Shown here piece by piece: positions 37,351 to 48,064 of a DNA stretch of 64,000 nucleotides. Under the pieces are notes generated by a model. It ran no database searches. It saw only the letters and a list, made by a program, of their open reading frames with translations, and was not told the origin of the DNA. Origin of the DNA: a phage; NCBI GenBank assembly GCA_024682255.1, contig GCA_024682255.1_4716.1; one strand, given 5' to 3'. The first letter of the stretch is position 1. Each line of letters starts with the position of its first letter. Position numbers and translations under genes: made by a program.

Positions 37351-40300
37351 GTGAAGTTACGCTTCAACATTATCAATGCCGAAGGTAAACTTCGTGCATC
37401 ACGTTCCAACGTAACATGGGAACGTATCGAACTGGAGGTATACATGGTAGATAAAACCCGTGTTGAGGGTGATGATAATTGGGATAACTGGGATGAAGAC
37501 TTCTCCCTGGATCTCGATTTCAACGAACCCAAAGACGATCGTAAACCGATAACACGCTTTGCGGTAGGCGCGGTTAAAGGTGCCGCTGAGGATCTTACTT
37601 CCTACGAAAGAATGAAGGAGATCGCCAGAAACGCGTTGCCTAAGGGCTACAGCGACGGTATGGATCTTATCGATTCCGCCGTCGGATCCACGAAGGAACT
37701 ATACAATGAAGCCGTTCGTGACGTTCTTCCTAAGGTCCAAAGCTCAAAACGGTTAGCCGCACAACTAACCAAGAAATACCGTGCGAGCATGCCCGATTTC
37801 TCAAAGAAAATTCTCGAGCAATGGGAGCGAGAAGCCAAGGAAGAAGACGAACGTAAACAAGCTGAAGAAACCCTTCGTCAACGCATGGCGAGCGCTGGGG
37901 ACGATGAGATCGCCCGCAAGGTTGCCGAGGCATTAGGTGAATCAGCAAACCAAAGCGCGGATCAGTTCGCTGAACAGCAAGCAAAAGAAAGTATCCGTGA
38001 CGATATCGCTGACAAACGGTACGCTGTAACCAACAAACAAATGAGTGCGATGCAAGAAGGCGTCGCCAAGATGGTTGGTTTCAACAATGAATTCGCTGCA
38101 CGCTACATGCGTAAAAGCCTGGAACTGAAATATCGTTCCTTAGCGATTCAACGTGCGAGTTTTGATCAGCATAAAAAGTTAGCCGAAGTCTATATCGGTT
38201 TATTACAAAACATCCAGAAGAATACGGCTTTACCTGATGCGGCTAAAGCGAAAATGTCGGAAGAATTCCGTCGTAGCGCATACCAACGCTTCTTTGGTAA
38301 TGCGTTAGATGCGATGGGTTCTTTCGAGAACCGTTTCTTTGCCGATGTTAAGAAGAACCTTGCCACCAACGCATTAGGTGCTTTAAAAGGCGTCGTATCT
38401 GGCGCAAACGATGCGTTATACGGTTTAAACGAAGCGCGTGACTCGATGTCCATGATGGACGGGATGGGGTCAGAAGGCGATATTAAGGAAATGCAAGGAA
38501 AGATGTTGGGTCAGTTCATTGGCTCAACTGTCGCCCCATGGATGGCTAATAAAGGCAGGATGGCGTTACGCGATTTAGCAAAACGTCACCCCAATGCTAA
38601 ATTCGCTAGCGCGTTAAAAGCCGTGGATCAAGGTGGTGAGGCTGCCGCTTACACGACGCGTAATCTCGGTAAACTGCTCCAGGAAGATATTCGTAAAAAC
38701 GAATTCAATCTTAGCGATCCGTTTTACAAGCAATTAATACGTGGCGCAGGGCGTTGGGCGTTCAACATGGACAGCGGACGTAACTTCCGTGTGATGAACG
38801 ACACCGCTGAAACACTGGCGGAGCAAACGTCTTTCGACGGTTTAACTTACCGCAGCATCAACGAGGTTATTCCTGGCTTTCTTGCACGCATTCTGAAAAG
38901 CAGTGAAGGTATCCGCACCGGAAACAGCGATCCTGACTACGAGGTCTATGACGGCATCAGCGGGCAATTCGTGTCTCAGCGCACGCGTGAACAAAGCGTC
39001 AACGACACGCTGTTTAACAAACGTTCGTTTGGTTATTACGCAAGCCGTTTCAATGAGGTCATCTCGGTCATCGATCCTGATAAGCAATTATCGGAAAAAG
39101 CCAGAAAGGCGCTGGCTAAGCAGTTGGCACGAGATAGCGACGCAAATATCGCATTCGACCCGGCCCGTTTTACGGATGAAAGCAACTTCGATCGTAGTAT
39201 TGACCGCGACGCTATTAAGGAACTTTCCACGTACTTTCGTGACCGTTACGGTATTCGTGATGATGTCAACGATAAGGGCGAACGTCATCAGGTCATTGGA
39301 AACCGCGGGCAATATTACACGGAACGTAACCGAGCTGATCTTCGCTACGGAAATCTGAAATCGTTACAGCCGGATATCCAGCGTAACCTTAACCTACTGA
39401 AACGTACTGGCGACGTCCAATATCTGGAACGTATCGGTATTGTAACGAGAAATAGCGACGGAAGTTACTCGGTTAATCACGATCGGTATTTCTCTGAAAT
39501 CGATCGGTACATCGACCGACCGGAGTACGCTGAACGTAGTGATGTTAATACGCGATTAACCGCTCAGGAAACAAGAGCGCTGGCGCTAGGTTATCGTGAT
39601 GCAAAACCATCAGCTGGTGACGTCCAAAATGCGGGTCTGCCGAACATCGATCGTAAGGCTGTTGGCGCAGTAACCGTTGATGAAAACATCGGCTACGATA
39701 AATGGTGGAACGATACAGGTGTTATCACCACATCGCTTGAAGAACAGAATCGAGCATGGCAAGAGCTTTATCTCGAAGCGTTGTCTGAAGCATCCGAACA
39801 ACGTGTTGAAATGCTTACGTTACTGAAAGCCATTTCTGAGAAAGACTGGTCTAATAACGTTTCGCTGGATGGTGTAGATGTACCTGAAGGTGCGGCACCC
39901 ATTTCATTTATCGATCGTGCCAAACAAAAACTCGGTACACGCAACCTCTTTAAAGGTGGTCGTAATCTTCTCTGGAAAGGAATTAAAAATACCGCACGTT
40001 TGGGTGTTAAAGGCGCGCGCTGGGGTGCAGAACGCACGTTGGGTAGTTTGGTAAATTCTGGCCGACGCATTATCGATTTCAACCGCTTCGTGTTCGGCGC
40101 ATTATCCAAGGTTGATCAGGTTCCGTTTGACATTTACGTTAAAGGGGAATCCCAACCACGCATATTGGCGGCCAAACTTCGTCAGGGGTTATACTTCGAC
40201 GAAGCGACAGGAAAAGCCGTAAAACGGATGAAGGATATCAAAGGCCCACTCGTTGATGTGGATGGAAATATCGTAATCAGCAACGAGGATATCGAGAAAG

Positions 40301-43300
40301 GGTTGGTCACTCGCGCTGGTCGAGCCTTTGAGAATTCAGGACTTAAGGCGTGGGCACGTGAAGGTCTTAATGGAATCACGACGGTATTAAGTCTCCCACG
40401 GATGTTAAAACGCGGTGCGGTCGAGATCTACAAACAGCTCGACAAGACGCCCGACGTTTACGTCAAGGGAGAATCAACGCCTCGTCTGTTGTCCATGGTG
40501 TTAGCAGCGGGTGGGTATTTCCGTCGGTCGGATGGACAAGTCATCAAAAATCTTGAAGATATCGATGGTGATGTTGTTGATGCACAAGGTAACGTCGTAC
40601 TTACGCTTGCCGACATGCAGAAAGGACTTGTCGATAAATACGGTAAAGCGATTCGTCGCTTAAAAGAAAAGCTCATCAACTTCGGTGTAAAAGCTTTTAC
40701 GTTACCGTTAACGCTGCTACGTAAGACAAAGGACATCCTTAAAGCCCTTCCAGGTAAAACCGTTAACGGTCTACGACGGATGGGATTAAACTTCCAATCA
40801 CCTGACGCATTACTGGTGGGAACAACGTCGAGCATGGTAGATCGCCTCGATGCTATTTACCAGCTTCTTGACCAGCGTATGCCGGGAGGTGATAAGGATT
40901 ACCGCGATTGGAATGGTGATGGTGTTCGAGAAGGATCGTTGGAAGACCTGAAACGTAAGCGTGAAGCCAAGGAAAACGGTAAGGATGAATCAGGCAAAGA
41001 TTCCAATAAAGGAGAAGAAAAGGAGAAGAAACGAGGGTTACTCGGAAGCCTTTTCGATATGCTCGGCGATACCGCATTAGGCAAACGACTCATGGCGAGT
41101 CCGCTTGGAAAAATTCTGGGTGGTCTTGGGGCGGTGTTAAGCGGCGGAGCATCGTTAACCGGATTGTTAGGCAAGGGTCTCATTAGTGGAACCGGCGCGC
41201 TGGTCAAGGGAGGACTAAGTGCGGCAGGATGGTTAGGACGTGGTGCGTTAATGGCGGGCGGAGCCGCATTGAACGCTGTTGGTGGTTTATCGGGATTAGG
41301 CGCATTCCTTATATCACCTGTTGGGCTTGCTATTGCAGGTGGTGCATTGGCTGCTTATGCAGGATGGAAGATCTATCAGCATTTCGCCGAGAAGCCTGAC
41401 CCGATGCAGAAGCTCCGTCTTATTGCATACGGTGCAAAAGGGGACGATAAAGACTTCAATAAGAAGCTGCTTGCGACAGAAACATACCTCACCGATCACG
41501 TGGTTATGACCGGGGATACCATCGGATTCGATCCGAAAGCGGATTCTGAAAAGATTCTCGAAATCTGGGAATTGTCCCTGGAAGACTCCGACCGAATGAA
41601 CGAATGGAAACGCTGGTATCTGCATCGTTTTATTCCTGTTTTCGCTCGTGCGTACAAACTCTGGAAAGAGCATATGCCGGACGAGAAGAAATACATGGAA
41701 ATGGATAAATATCCGAACGGTGAGAACAAAGTGAAATGGTCGGAAGCGTTTATCTGGCCTTCCGATAGTCCTGACGGTCCGTATTACGTCGAAGCTAACC
41801 CGTTGGGTTCTTCTGGTGCGACGCGTTATATTGCTGGTCAAGACGTCAAAACCTTGATGCTGAAACAACTCGAAGCCATCAAGAAAGAGTACCAGAATCA
41901 GATCAAACAATACACTCATGATGAGGCTATTGCTGATTGGTCACGGATGTCTGACACACAACGTAAATCCGTTGCGCCTAACGCATTACGTGGTCAGAAA
42001 GCGTCGTTACGTTTTAACGATAAACGTTACAACAGCGCTGGCGCTAAAGGACGACAGAAGCTTGACGCGACCGCGGTTATTGAAAGCGTAGACCGTCGTG
42101 GTAGAAAATGGGTTGCCGGTGGATACATCGATGAACTCACCAGTCTCCGTGTTCGTGCGTACGGTATTAAGGTTCCGTTGTTAAGTCAGATAAAAGTGCT
42201 GATGGAACTCGAAGACGCTGTAGAACCCGGCGTTGTCGCTGAAGGTAAAGGTGTTAAATACGGTGGCGATCTTGTTGCGCTCTACAAGAAATTCGCGACG
42301 AAATTCGGAAGAGACGTTAACAGCAAGCGGGATCAGGATATCTGGTTCGCTTGGATGAATAACCGTTTCCTACCCGTCTTTTTAACCTATTACCAACAAG
42401 TTAGCGAAATGGGCGGTCAAGGGCTTCTGTCCGACGTGGTACAGAACCTGAAAGACAGCCAACGTTGGGAAATCGGTGAAGCACTTGTCGCAACGCAATA
42501 CCGTGATGAGAAAGGTACACTGCAGCCTGTATGGTCCTGGAATAGTTGTGGTTTCTCCGGTACTGAAGCTAACACCACCAGCAGTTCAACAAAGAGCCAG
42601 CTCGATCTGTTAAAAGAATATGCGGATAAAGAGAAGGTTCGTGAGAAGAACGCGGAAGCATCGCAAGAGGATGCCGATAAATTATCGAAGATCCAAGAGC
42701 TGATGATGAAGCAGGCTGGGTACGAGAAGAAAGACGGTGTCTGGCAGAAGAAATCTCGCATTACCGGTGGGATGAGTAACTCCGAAGCGAATTACAACCC
42801 CAATAGGAATAAGGTCGGTGAAAGCAGCTTTACGGCTTCGGCTACGTCCAATGCGGGATTGGGATCAACCGGCGATCTTACTGGATTGCCTAACATGGGC
42901 TTACAGAAACCTGCAATGGGACCAGGTCCTGAAGCTGGACGTCGTGCGCTTGTTAAATCCGCTGTAAAACGCGGCATTACCGATCCGATGGAAATGGCCA
43001 TGTTCCTTGCGAACATCGAACATGAATCGGGGAACTACACTCACGTACGTGAGGGGAACTATAAGACACCGGAGCGTCTTAAACAGGTCTTCCCTTACAA
43101 ATTCCGTGATGTGCAGGATGCCGCACAGACGATCAGCATGGGGCCGGAGGCGGTATTCGAACGTGTGTACGGTAATCGTAAAGATCTCGGAAACACACAG
43201 AAAGGAGACGGGGCGAAGTATTTAGGACGTGGCTTCATTCAGGTTACCGGTAAAGCTAACTACGCTCGTCTGTCTAAGACCTTGAATAAGGATCTTGTCA

Positions 43301-44109
43301 GCGATCCGACCTACCTGGAAACGCCGGAAGGTGCGGCGGAAGGTAGTGTCGCGTGGTGGCTCAACCGAGGTAATGTATTACGCGATCCCGCAAAACGGGG
43401 TGATGTGCGCCAAGTTCGTTATCTGGTTAACGGTGGTTTTAACGGATTACGTGATGTTGAACAGCGTTCAGCTTATTGGATTCAGGCGGCTAAGAATGGC
43501 ACCCTGAAGAAAATGATGGACGAGTTATCGGGGTCAACATCGGACGATCAAGTTGAAGGACCGACCACTGCCGAACAGGTGAAGAACGAAGCAGCCCAAG
43601 AGGCAAACGGAACACCTGCTGTAAGCAACGATCCGCAAGCCCCAGTATCTTCTACTACCCCTGAAGCTAAACCGTCTGCGGCTGCCGGTACTGCTCCAGC
43701 ACCTGGAGAAGCATCACCAACGCCTGGAAGTTTCGAAACAGCAAAAGCCGCGGCAGGACAACCGACATCAACACCAGCACCTAGCGATTTGCCGTCAAAC
43801 CCGGGTGCAAATCGAGGGATATCGGTTCCGAATACGCCTGCACAGGTTGCGCAGTCTGCGACACAAACATCGGTTGCGAGCGAGAACTTCTACGGCAGCG
43901 CAGGTGAAATTCTCCGACAGCAGCTGACCACACAGCAGAACATCGAGAAGAACACCGGTAGAACGAATGAACTTATTTCGGAATTAATCCAAGCCGTTAA
44001 GGGTTCTTCTATCGGTAAGGGTTCTGCAGGTCCTTCTCAACAACAGACGATGTCGCTACCTAATCGTCCGCAAGGAATCTCTCCAACACGGACAAGGTAC
44101 GCACAGTAG
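37351..44109 (+). CDS. giant virion-associated protein with C-terminal GH19-lysozyme-like domain (tape-measure/ejection-type; likely true start ATG at 37444)
   Basis: 2252-aa ORF; C-terminal FLANIEHESGNY...GRGFIQVTGKANY...YLVNGGFNGL; Gly-rich hydrophobic segment; internal ~110-aa tandem repeat; GGAGGT SD before 37444. Confidence 0.75.
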   Translation: MKLRFNIINAEGKLRASRSNVTWERIELEVYMVDKTRVEGDDNWDNWDEDFSLDLDFNEPKDDRKPITRFAVGAVKGAAEDLTSYERMKEIARNALPKGYSDGMDLIDSAVGSTKELYNEAVRDVLPKVQSSKRLAAQLTKKYRASMPDFSKKILEQWEREAKEEDERKQAEETLRQRMASAGDDEIARKVAEALGESANQSADQFAEQQAKESIRDDIADKRYAVTNKQMSAMQEGVAKMVGFNNEFAARYMRKSLELKYRSLAIQRASFDQHKKLAEVYIGLLQNIQKNTALPDAAKAKMSEEFRRSAYQRFFGNALDAMGSFENRFFADVKKNLATNALGALKGVVSGANDALYGLNEARDSMSMMDGMGSEGDIKEMQGKMLGQFIGSTVAPWMANKGRMALRDLAKRHPNAKFASALKAVDQGGEAAAYTTRNLGKLLQEDIRKNEFNLSDPFYKQLIRGAGRWAFNMDSGRNFRVMNDTAETLAEQTSFDGLTYRSINEVIPGFLARILKSSEGIRTGNSDPDYEVYDGISGQFVSQRTREQSVNDTLFNKRSFGYYASRFNEVISVIDPDKQLSEKARKALAKQLARDSDANIAFDPARFTDESNFDRSIDRDAIKELSTYFRDRYGIRDDVNDKGERHQVIGNRGQYYTERNRADLRYGNLKSLQPDIQRNLNLLKRTGDVQYLERIGIVTRNSDGSYSVNHDRYFSEIDRYIDRPEYAERSDVNTRLTAQETRALALGYRDAKPSAGDVQNAGLPNIDRKAVGAVTVDENIGYDKWWNDTGVITTSLEEQNRAWQELYLEALSEASEQRVEMLTLLKAISEKDWSNNVSLDGVDVPEGAAPISFIDRAKQKLGTRNLFKGGRNLLWKGIKNTARLGVKGARWGAERTLGSLVNSGRRIIDFNRFVFGALSKVDQVPFDIYVKGESQPRILAAKLRQGLYFDEATGKAVKRMKDIKGPLVDVDGNIVISNEDIEKGLVTRAGRAFENSGLKAWAREGLNGITTVLSLPRMLKRGAVEIYKQLDKTPDVYVKGESTPRLLSMVLAAGGYFRRSDGQVIKNLEDIDGDVVDAQGNVVLTLADMQKGLVDKYGKAIRRLKEKLINFGVKAFTLPLTLLRKTKDILKALPGKTVNGLRRMGLNFQSPDALLVGTTSSMVDRLDAIYQLLDQRMPGGDKDYRDWNGDGVREGSLEDLKRKREAKENGKDESGKDSNKGEEKEKKRGLLGSLFDMLGDTALGKRLMASPLGKILGGLGAVLSGGASLTGLLGKGLISGTGALVKGGLSAAGWLGRGALMAGGAALNAVGGLSGLGAFLISPVGLAIAGGALAAYAGWKIYQHFAEKPDPMQKLRLIAYGAKGDDKDFNKKLLATETYLTDHVVMTGDTIGFDPKADSEKILEIWELSLEDSDRMNEWKRWYLHRFIPVFARAYKLWKEHMPDEKKYMEMDKYPNGENKVKWSEAFIWPSDSPDGPYYVEANPLGSSGATRYIAGQDVKTLMLKQLEAIKKEYQNQIKQYTHDEAIADWSRMSDTQRKSVAPNALRGQKASLRFNDKRYNSAGAKGRQKLDATAVIESVDRRGRKWVAGGYIDELTSLRVRAYGIKVPLLSQIKVLMELEDAVEPGVVAEGKGVKYGGDLVALYKKFATKFGRDVNSKRDQDIWFAWMNNRFLPVFLTYYQQVSEMGGQGLLSDVVQNLKDSQRWEIGEALVATQYRDEKGTLQPVWSWNSCGFSGTEANTTSSSTKSQLDLLKEYADKEKVREKNAEASQEDADKLSKIQELMMKQAGYEKKDGVWQKKSRITGGMSNSEANYNPNRNKVGESSFTASATSNAGLGSTGDLTGLPNMGLQKPAMGPGPEAGRRALVKSAVKRGITDPMEMAMFLANIEHESGNYTHVREGNYKTPERLKQVFPYKFRDVQDAAQTISMGPEAVFERVYGNRKDLGNTQKGDGAKYLGRGFIQVTGKANYARLSKTLNKDLVSDPTYLETPEGAAEGSVAWWLNRGNVLRDPAKRGDVRQVRYLVNGGFNGLRDVEQRSAYWIQAAKNGTLKKMMDELSGSTSDDQVEGPTTAEQVKNEAAQEANGTPAVSNDPQAPVSSTTPEAKPSAAAGTAPAPGEASPTPGSFETAKAAAGQPTSTPAPSDLPSNPGANRGISVPNTPAQVAQSATQTSVASENFYGSAGEILRQQLTTQQNIEKNTGRTNELISELIQAVKGSSIGKGSAGPSQQQTMSLPNRPQGISPTRTRYAQ

Positions 44110-44120
44110 TCATTAGTTAA

Positions 44121-44139
44121 GGGCGGGAGATTCCCGCCC
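44121..44139 (+). terminator. short hairpin gggcggga/tcccgccc between giant gene and next gene (possibly attenuating)
   Basis: inverted repeat. Confidence 0.35.
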
Positions 44140-44158
44140 TCTTCTTGAGGAATGTTAC

Positions 44159-46300
44159 ATGGGTATTCTTGTTCAAAACGCCCTAATAACCAAACAAGCG
44201 TTTTTATTACCTGGCGATAGCAGCACGCTTAGTGCTGACATGATTAAAGCGAGACATACACCGTATTCCTACGATAACGTCGATGATACCACCTTAGGTG
44301 GGAACTGGGTGCTTAACCCGCCACCGCAATATACTAAATTTGCCGACATCAAAGAACGCCGACGTGCGGTTATGCCGGGATCAACGGGCATGGGCCGAGG
44401 CTATAGTGAAAGCATTAACAGCTTTAAAGAAGTCGTTACGTTACGATTCGGTAAACCTCGCTTTACAGGCGCAAGTATCTTCTTTACCGATTTCTACGAC
44501 GCCGATGTTGCCGTAACGGTTAAAACCGGTCGCGATCCCGGTATTCTTTATTACGCAGCCAAAGCGTATACCACCGTTCTTTCTTACCTCACACCTCTAC
44601 CTTACCTGTATATGGTTGGACGTATTGGTCGATATTTCCTGGGTAAGCCTACCAGTCAATATTACTATCAAGTACCAACCATGCACGTGTATTGGGCGTC
44701 TTTCCAGACGCTGGTAAACCAAACAGCGATAAACATGGGTCTTATCGCCGGTGCCGGTAAAGATAAAGGCTATGTGGAAGAAGGGGGTACCGTACTCCAC
44801 CAATATTCAATCGGTGGTCAGAACGTTGAAGAATTCATCAACTACGCCTCTAAGACGCTACCGGGGATTTATAAGAAAGGTGGTGGGATCGATATCTATC
44901 AGATCGCAACACGCCGTCAGCGTATACAGAACGCATGGGTACGTCGTATTCAATCCATGATGGAAAACGATTACTCGTCTTACGAGGAGTTCTGGAACGA
45001 TCTTGATAAACGACTTGATAGCGGAGCATTTCCATCGGATGTAACCGGCCGTACGCTAACGCAGTATCTCGCCGATACGCAGAAGTCTGCTGTTTACAGT
45101 GCGACAGCCGGTGATAATAAACAAACGATGGACGACCTTTTATTTGGAAGAGCCTCGTACACCAATAAAGATGCCGATGCCAACTTCAATGTCTCGGCGG
45201 CTACCTCCGACGGCGGTACGTCAACACAGAGTCAGGGTACAACAGCCAATGTCGGTAATTCGACATCAGGGACAACGCAGGCTTCAACAGCAGCATCCAC
45301 GGCTGGAGGCGCGAACGTACAGAGCAAAGGAATCGGGCAAACGAACGCAGCCGAAGAAGCTACGTTTCTTGATCTGATGGATGCTGAACTGGCTGACGGT
45401 GCTCAGTTCATCAGTTTTCGAGTCGATTCTGTCACCAGTGTAACCGAAACGTTTTCAAACAGCGCTTCAGAAAGTTCAATCGCACAGACGATGAACAGCC
45501 GTGCACAAGCGAACATCGAACGTCGTTTCACCCTCTCCGGTGGTAATACAGGTTGGGCTGTACTAGACGAAGCCATCAAAGCCGGTTCCGATCTCGTCAA
45601 TGGTGCTATTTCCGGGATGGGTCTGGATGGTATTTTTGGTGCCTTCATGGGTTCCGGCTTCGCAGACATTCCGAAATTCTATTCTGGGTCGTCAGTAAGT
45701 CTACCGCGTGCCGATCTGACGATGGAATTGCGTTCCTGGAGTGGGGATCGCTGGTCGATCTTTACGAACCTCATGGTACCTCTTTTAGCCATTCTTGCGG
45801 GTGGTTTACCTCAGGCTACCGGTAAATCGTCCTACGGGATGCCGTTCATGTGTGAGTGTTATATTCCCGGTAAAGTCCAGATTAAAATGGGTCTTATCGA
45901 TAACATCACTGTGACGCGTCATGTTGGAAACGTGCCATCAACACGCGAGCGGTTACCGTTGGGTATCGATGTCAGCTTCAGTGTTTATGACCTGTCGTCC
46001 ATCGTCGCCATGCCGATCACAACGACAGCCGCATCGATCGCAAAACTGGATCCTCGTGGCTTCTTAAGTGATCTTCTTGCTGATGATACCCCACTCAACA
46101 ACTATCTTGCTGTATTATCGGCATTGACACTTACGGAACAAGTTTACATGATTCCGGATTTAAGTCGTCGCATGCATAAAACCATGGCCGATATCGATAG
46201 TTTCTGGAGCAAAGGTAATTTTGCTAGCTGGTTGTCTGACACCATGCCAGGCAGGATAGCATCAGGGCTGTTATGGAAACGCACAGAACGACCGTTCTGA
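44159..46300 (+). CDS. hypothetical protein, probable virion protein
   Basis: 713-aa ORF with Ser/Thr/Gly-rich central region; co-oriented with giant virion gene. Confidence 0.5.
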   Translation: MGILVQNALITKQAFLLPGDSSTLSADMIKARHTPYSYDNVDDTTLGGNWVLNPPPQYTKFADIKERRRAVMPGSTGMGRGYSESINSFKEVVTLRFGKPRFTGASIFFTDFYDADVAVTVKTGRDPGILYYAAKAYTTVLSYLTPLPYLYMVGRIGRYFLGKPTSQYYYQVPTMHVYWASFQTLVNQTAINMGLIAGAGKDKGYVEEGGTVLHQYSIGGQNVEEFINYASKTLPGIYKKGGGIDIYQIATRRQRIQNAWVRRIQSMMENDYSSYEEFWNDLDKRLDSGAFPSDVTGRTLTQYLADTQKSAVYSATAGDNKQTMDDLLFGRASYTNKDADANFNVSAATSDGGTSTQSQGTTANVGNSTSGTTQASTAASTAGGANVQSKGIGQTNAAEEATFLDLMDAELADGAQFISFRVDSVTSVTETFSNSASESSIAQTMNSRAQANIERRFTLSGGNTGWAVLDEAIKAGSDLVNGAISGMGLDGIFGAFMGSGFADIPKFYSGSSVSLPRADLTMELRSWSGDRWSIFTNLMVPLLAILAGGLPQATGKSSYGMPFMCECYIPGKVQIKMGLIDNITVTRHVGNVPSTRERLPLGIDVSFSVYDLSSIVAMPITTTAASIAKLDPRGFLSDLLADDTPLNNYLAVLSALTLTEQVYMIPDLSRRMHKTMADIDSFWSKGNFASWLSDTMPGRIASGLLWKRTERPF

Positions 46301-46319
46301 TATTCACCGCATAAACCCC

Positions 46320-46351
46320 CCTCTCCCTTCCCTGATGGGTCGGGAGAGGGA
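46320..46351 (+). terminator. hairpin ccctctccc/gggagaggg followed by ATTATG
   Basis: inverted repeat after stop of 44159-46300. Confidence 0.5.
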
Positions 46352-46356
46352 TTATG

Positions 46357-47424
46357 TTAACCTAACGTCACTGTCGGTAAATCAGGATAAAGTTTCTTCA
46401 AGCCTGCCATCGTGGTGGTAGTCGTATAATTCTTACCCATCACAGCAAGAGATGCGTATTTCCTACTGCGGGAGAAAAGGGAATAAAACCCACTGGATGT
46501 TTCCATCCACATCGTGAGGAGTTCTGCATCCTTACCGTGATAGTTCGTTTTACCCCATCCGGGTTTAAACGCATCGGCAAAATCAATTAAACGCGAGGCT
46601 TCAGCGTCGTATTCTTTAAGGGTAAGGTACGATGGGATACGGTAGTTACGAAACAGCAACGTAATGAGTTCCGGAACAACGCTACGGGCACGTTCAGCTG
46701 TAATGAGTTCGGTGATCACAGCAGCTGTACGGAAATCGCCGTTAAGACCAACGCTGCTTAACGATTCCGCTAAAGTGGTTGCCATCGCCACTTTATCCTC
46801 CGCTGACCCGGAGTCATACAGACTACGTACATCGATATAGTTGCCTGCTAATGCGGCTTGACGAATCAACGACGTGACAACCGTTCGGTTCGTCTTATAG
46901 TCGTTGTAGTTGAATTCGGTTCGCGTTTTCCCTTGGTCGTCGAGATACCGATCAACGATTGTTGATAGTTTATAATACTCATCGCCCGACATCAGACTAT
47001 CGAGAAGCTTAACGTTTCCATCTTTATCGATAAGCTTCCCTAACGCACCATTGGATTGCTGGTTAATGGTGCTGTAAATCTGATCTTTTACTTGCGATAG
47101 AATGTTATCGGTTGACGATATATTCAGGCCGGTAACATCTTTGATCTTATTCATCAATGCGTTTTCATTCAGGGAGATTTTGCCTCCGCTGATATCGATG
47201 AACGAATTAAGATCGCTTATGGAAATCAGGTTTCCTGTTAACGCCGATAATGTACTATTGATACTGTTCGTGATACTGCTACGAAAACTGGTTAACGCAT
47301 CCGCCGCCGAAACAGCGGTACCGCTAACCGCTTTAAGGAGCGTATCACGCCCTGTCGAAAAATCGCTGGTGATGGTTTTGATCTTGGACGTATCTATACT
47401 CGGCAGTTTGTCGTAAAGACTCAT
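46357..47424 (-). CDS. hypothetical protein (start at ATG with AGGAGG SD)
   Basis: ORF track 46357-47475; CAGGAGGACGTG-ATG context. Confidence 0.5.
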   Translation of the reverse strand: MSLYDKLPSIDTSKIKTITSDFSTGRDTLLKAVSGTAVSAADALTSFRSSITNSINSTLSALTGNLISISDLNSFIDISGGKISLNENALMNKIKDVTGLNISSTDNILSQVKDQIYSTINQQSNGALGKLIDKDGNVKLLDSLMSGDEYYKLSTIVDRYLDDQGKTRTEFNYNDYKTNRTVVTSLIRQAALAGNYIDVRSLYDSGSAEDKVAMATTLAESLSSVGLNGDFRTAAVITELITAERARSVVPELITLLFRNYRIPSYLTLKEYDAEASRLIDFADAFKPGWGKTNYHGKDAELLTMWMETSSGFYSLFSRSRKYASLAVMGKNYTTTTTMAGLKKLYPDLPTVTLG

Positions 47425-47462
47425 CACGTCCTCCTGAAAAAGAAAAAAGAAATACGGCATAA

Positions 47463-47490
47463 AGCCTACCCACACAATGGTGGGTAGGCT
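47463..47490 (-). terminator. hairpin agcctacccac/gtgggtaggct followed on minus strand by TTTATGCCG then T-rich run
   Basis: inverted repeat and motif. Confidence 0.55.
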
Positions 47491-47506
47491 AAGATTAACA
47501 TCGATG

Positions 47507-48064
47507 TTAAACTTCTTCGTTTTCTGAACCTAATGATTCAGCATCTGGATCGTCAACAGGAATTGTTGCGTCAAAATACCGTTTCGTATGCGTGGTTGTA
47601 TATCCTACGCTATCTGTGATAGAAATCGTAAACGTGACTTCCCTTGCACGGATTAAGCGTAGTTTATTCATGAAGTTACGGAACGGCATCGATCCCCGAT
47701 TCAACTCCTTAATGACGTTTCCCCGAATACTGGAAATGTCTTTATTCGTTTTATCAGGATGTCGTTTCTTCACATCACGCATGTGTCGGGTAATATACGA
47801 ATTGAGCTGATTTGCGCCGATCCCTCTCTCCGTATAAATCTGCAACAGGAACTCCGTAAGGAAATCCTGTCTACCCGTAGGCGTCCAGAAATTGTTACCG
47901 TGATTGTAGTTAGTCGCTCGTCCTCGATTGCTTTGAGGATTTTCATCATCGCTCTCGTCACGACGCTTAAGCGGATTAATGCGCGCGCGAAAAGAGACTT
48001 CATTATATTTATTTGTCATAATACACCAGTGTACTGACTGAGTGCGAAGGTTAGGAGTTCGCAA
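47507..48064 (-). CDS. hypothetical protein
   Basis: 185-aa ORF. Confidence 0.45.
   Translation of the reverse strand: MRTPNLRTQSVHWCIMTNKYNEVSFRARINPLKRRDESDDENPQSNRGRATNYNHGNNFWTPTGRQDFLTEFLLQIYTERGIGANQLNSYITRHMRDVKKRHPDKTNKDISSIRGNVIKELNRGSMPFRNFMNKLRLIRAREVTFTISITDSVGYTTTHTKRYFDATIPVDDPDAESLGSENEEV

Noticed and set aside
37647-43507. Numerous 60-150-aa ORFs on both strands inside the giant 37351-44109 gene
   Set aside because: Shadow ORFs within a long, clearly coding frame; compositions are low-complexity and they lack RBSs.
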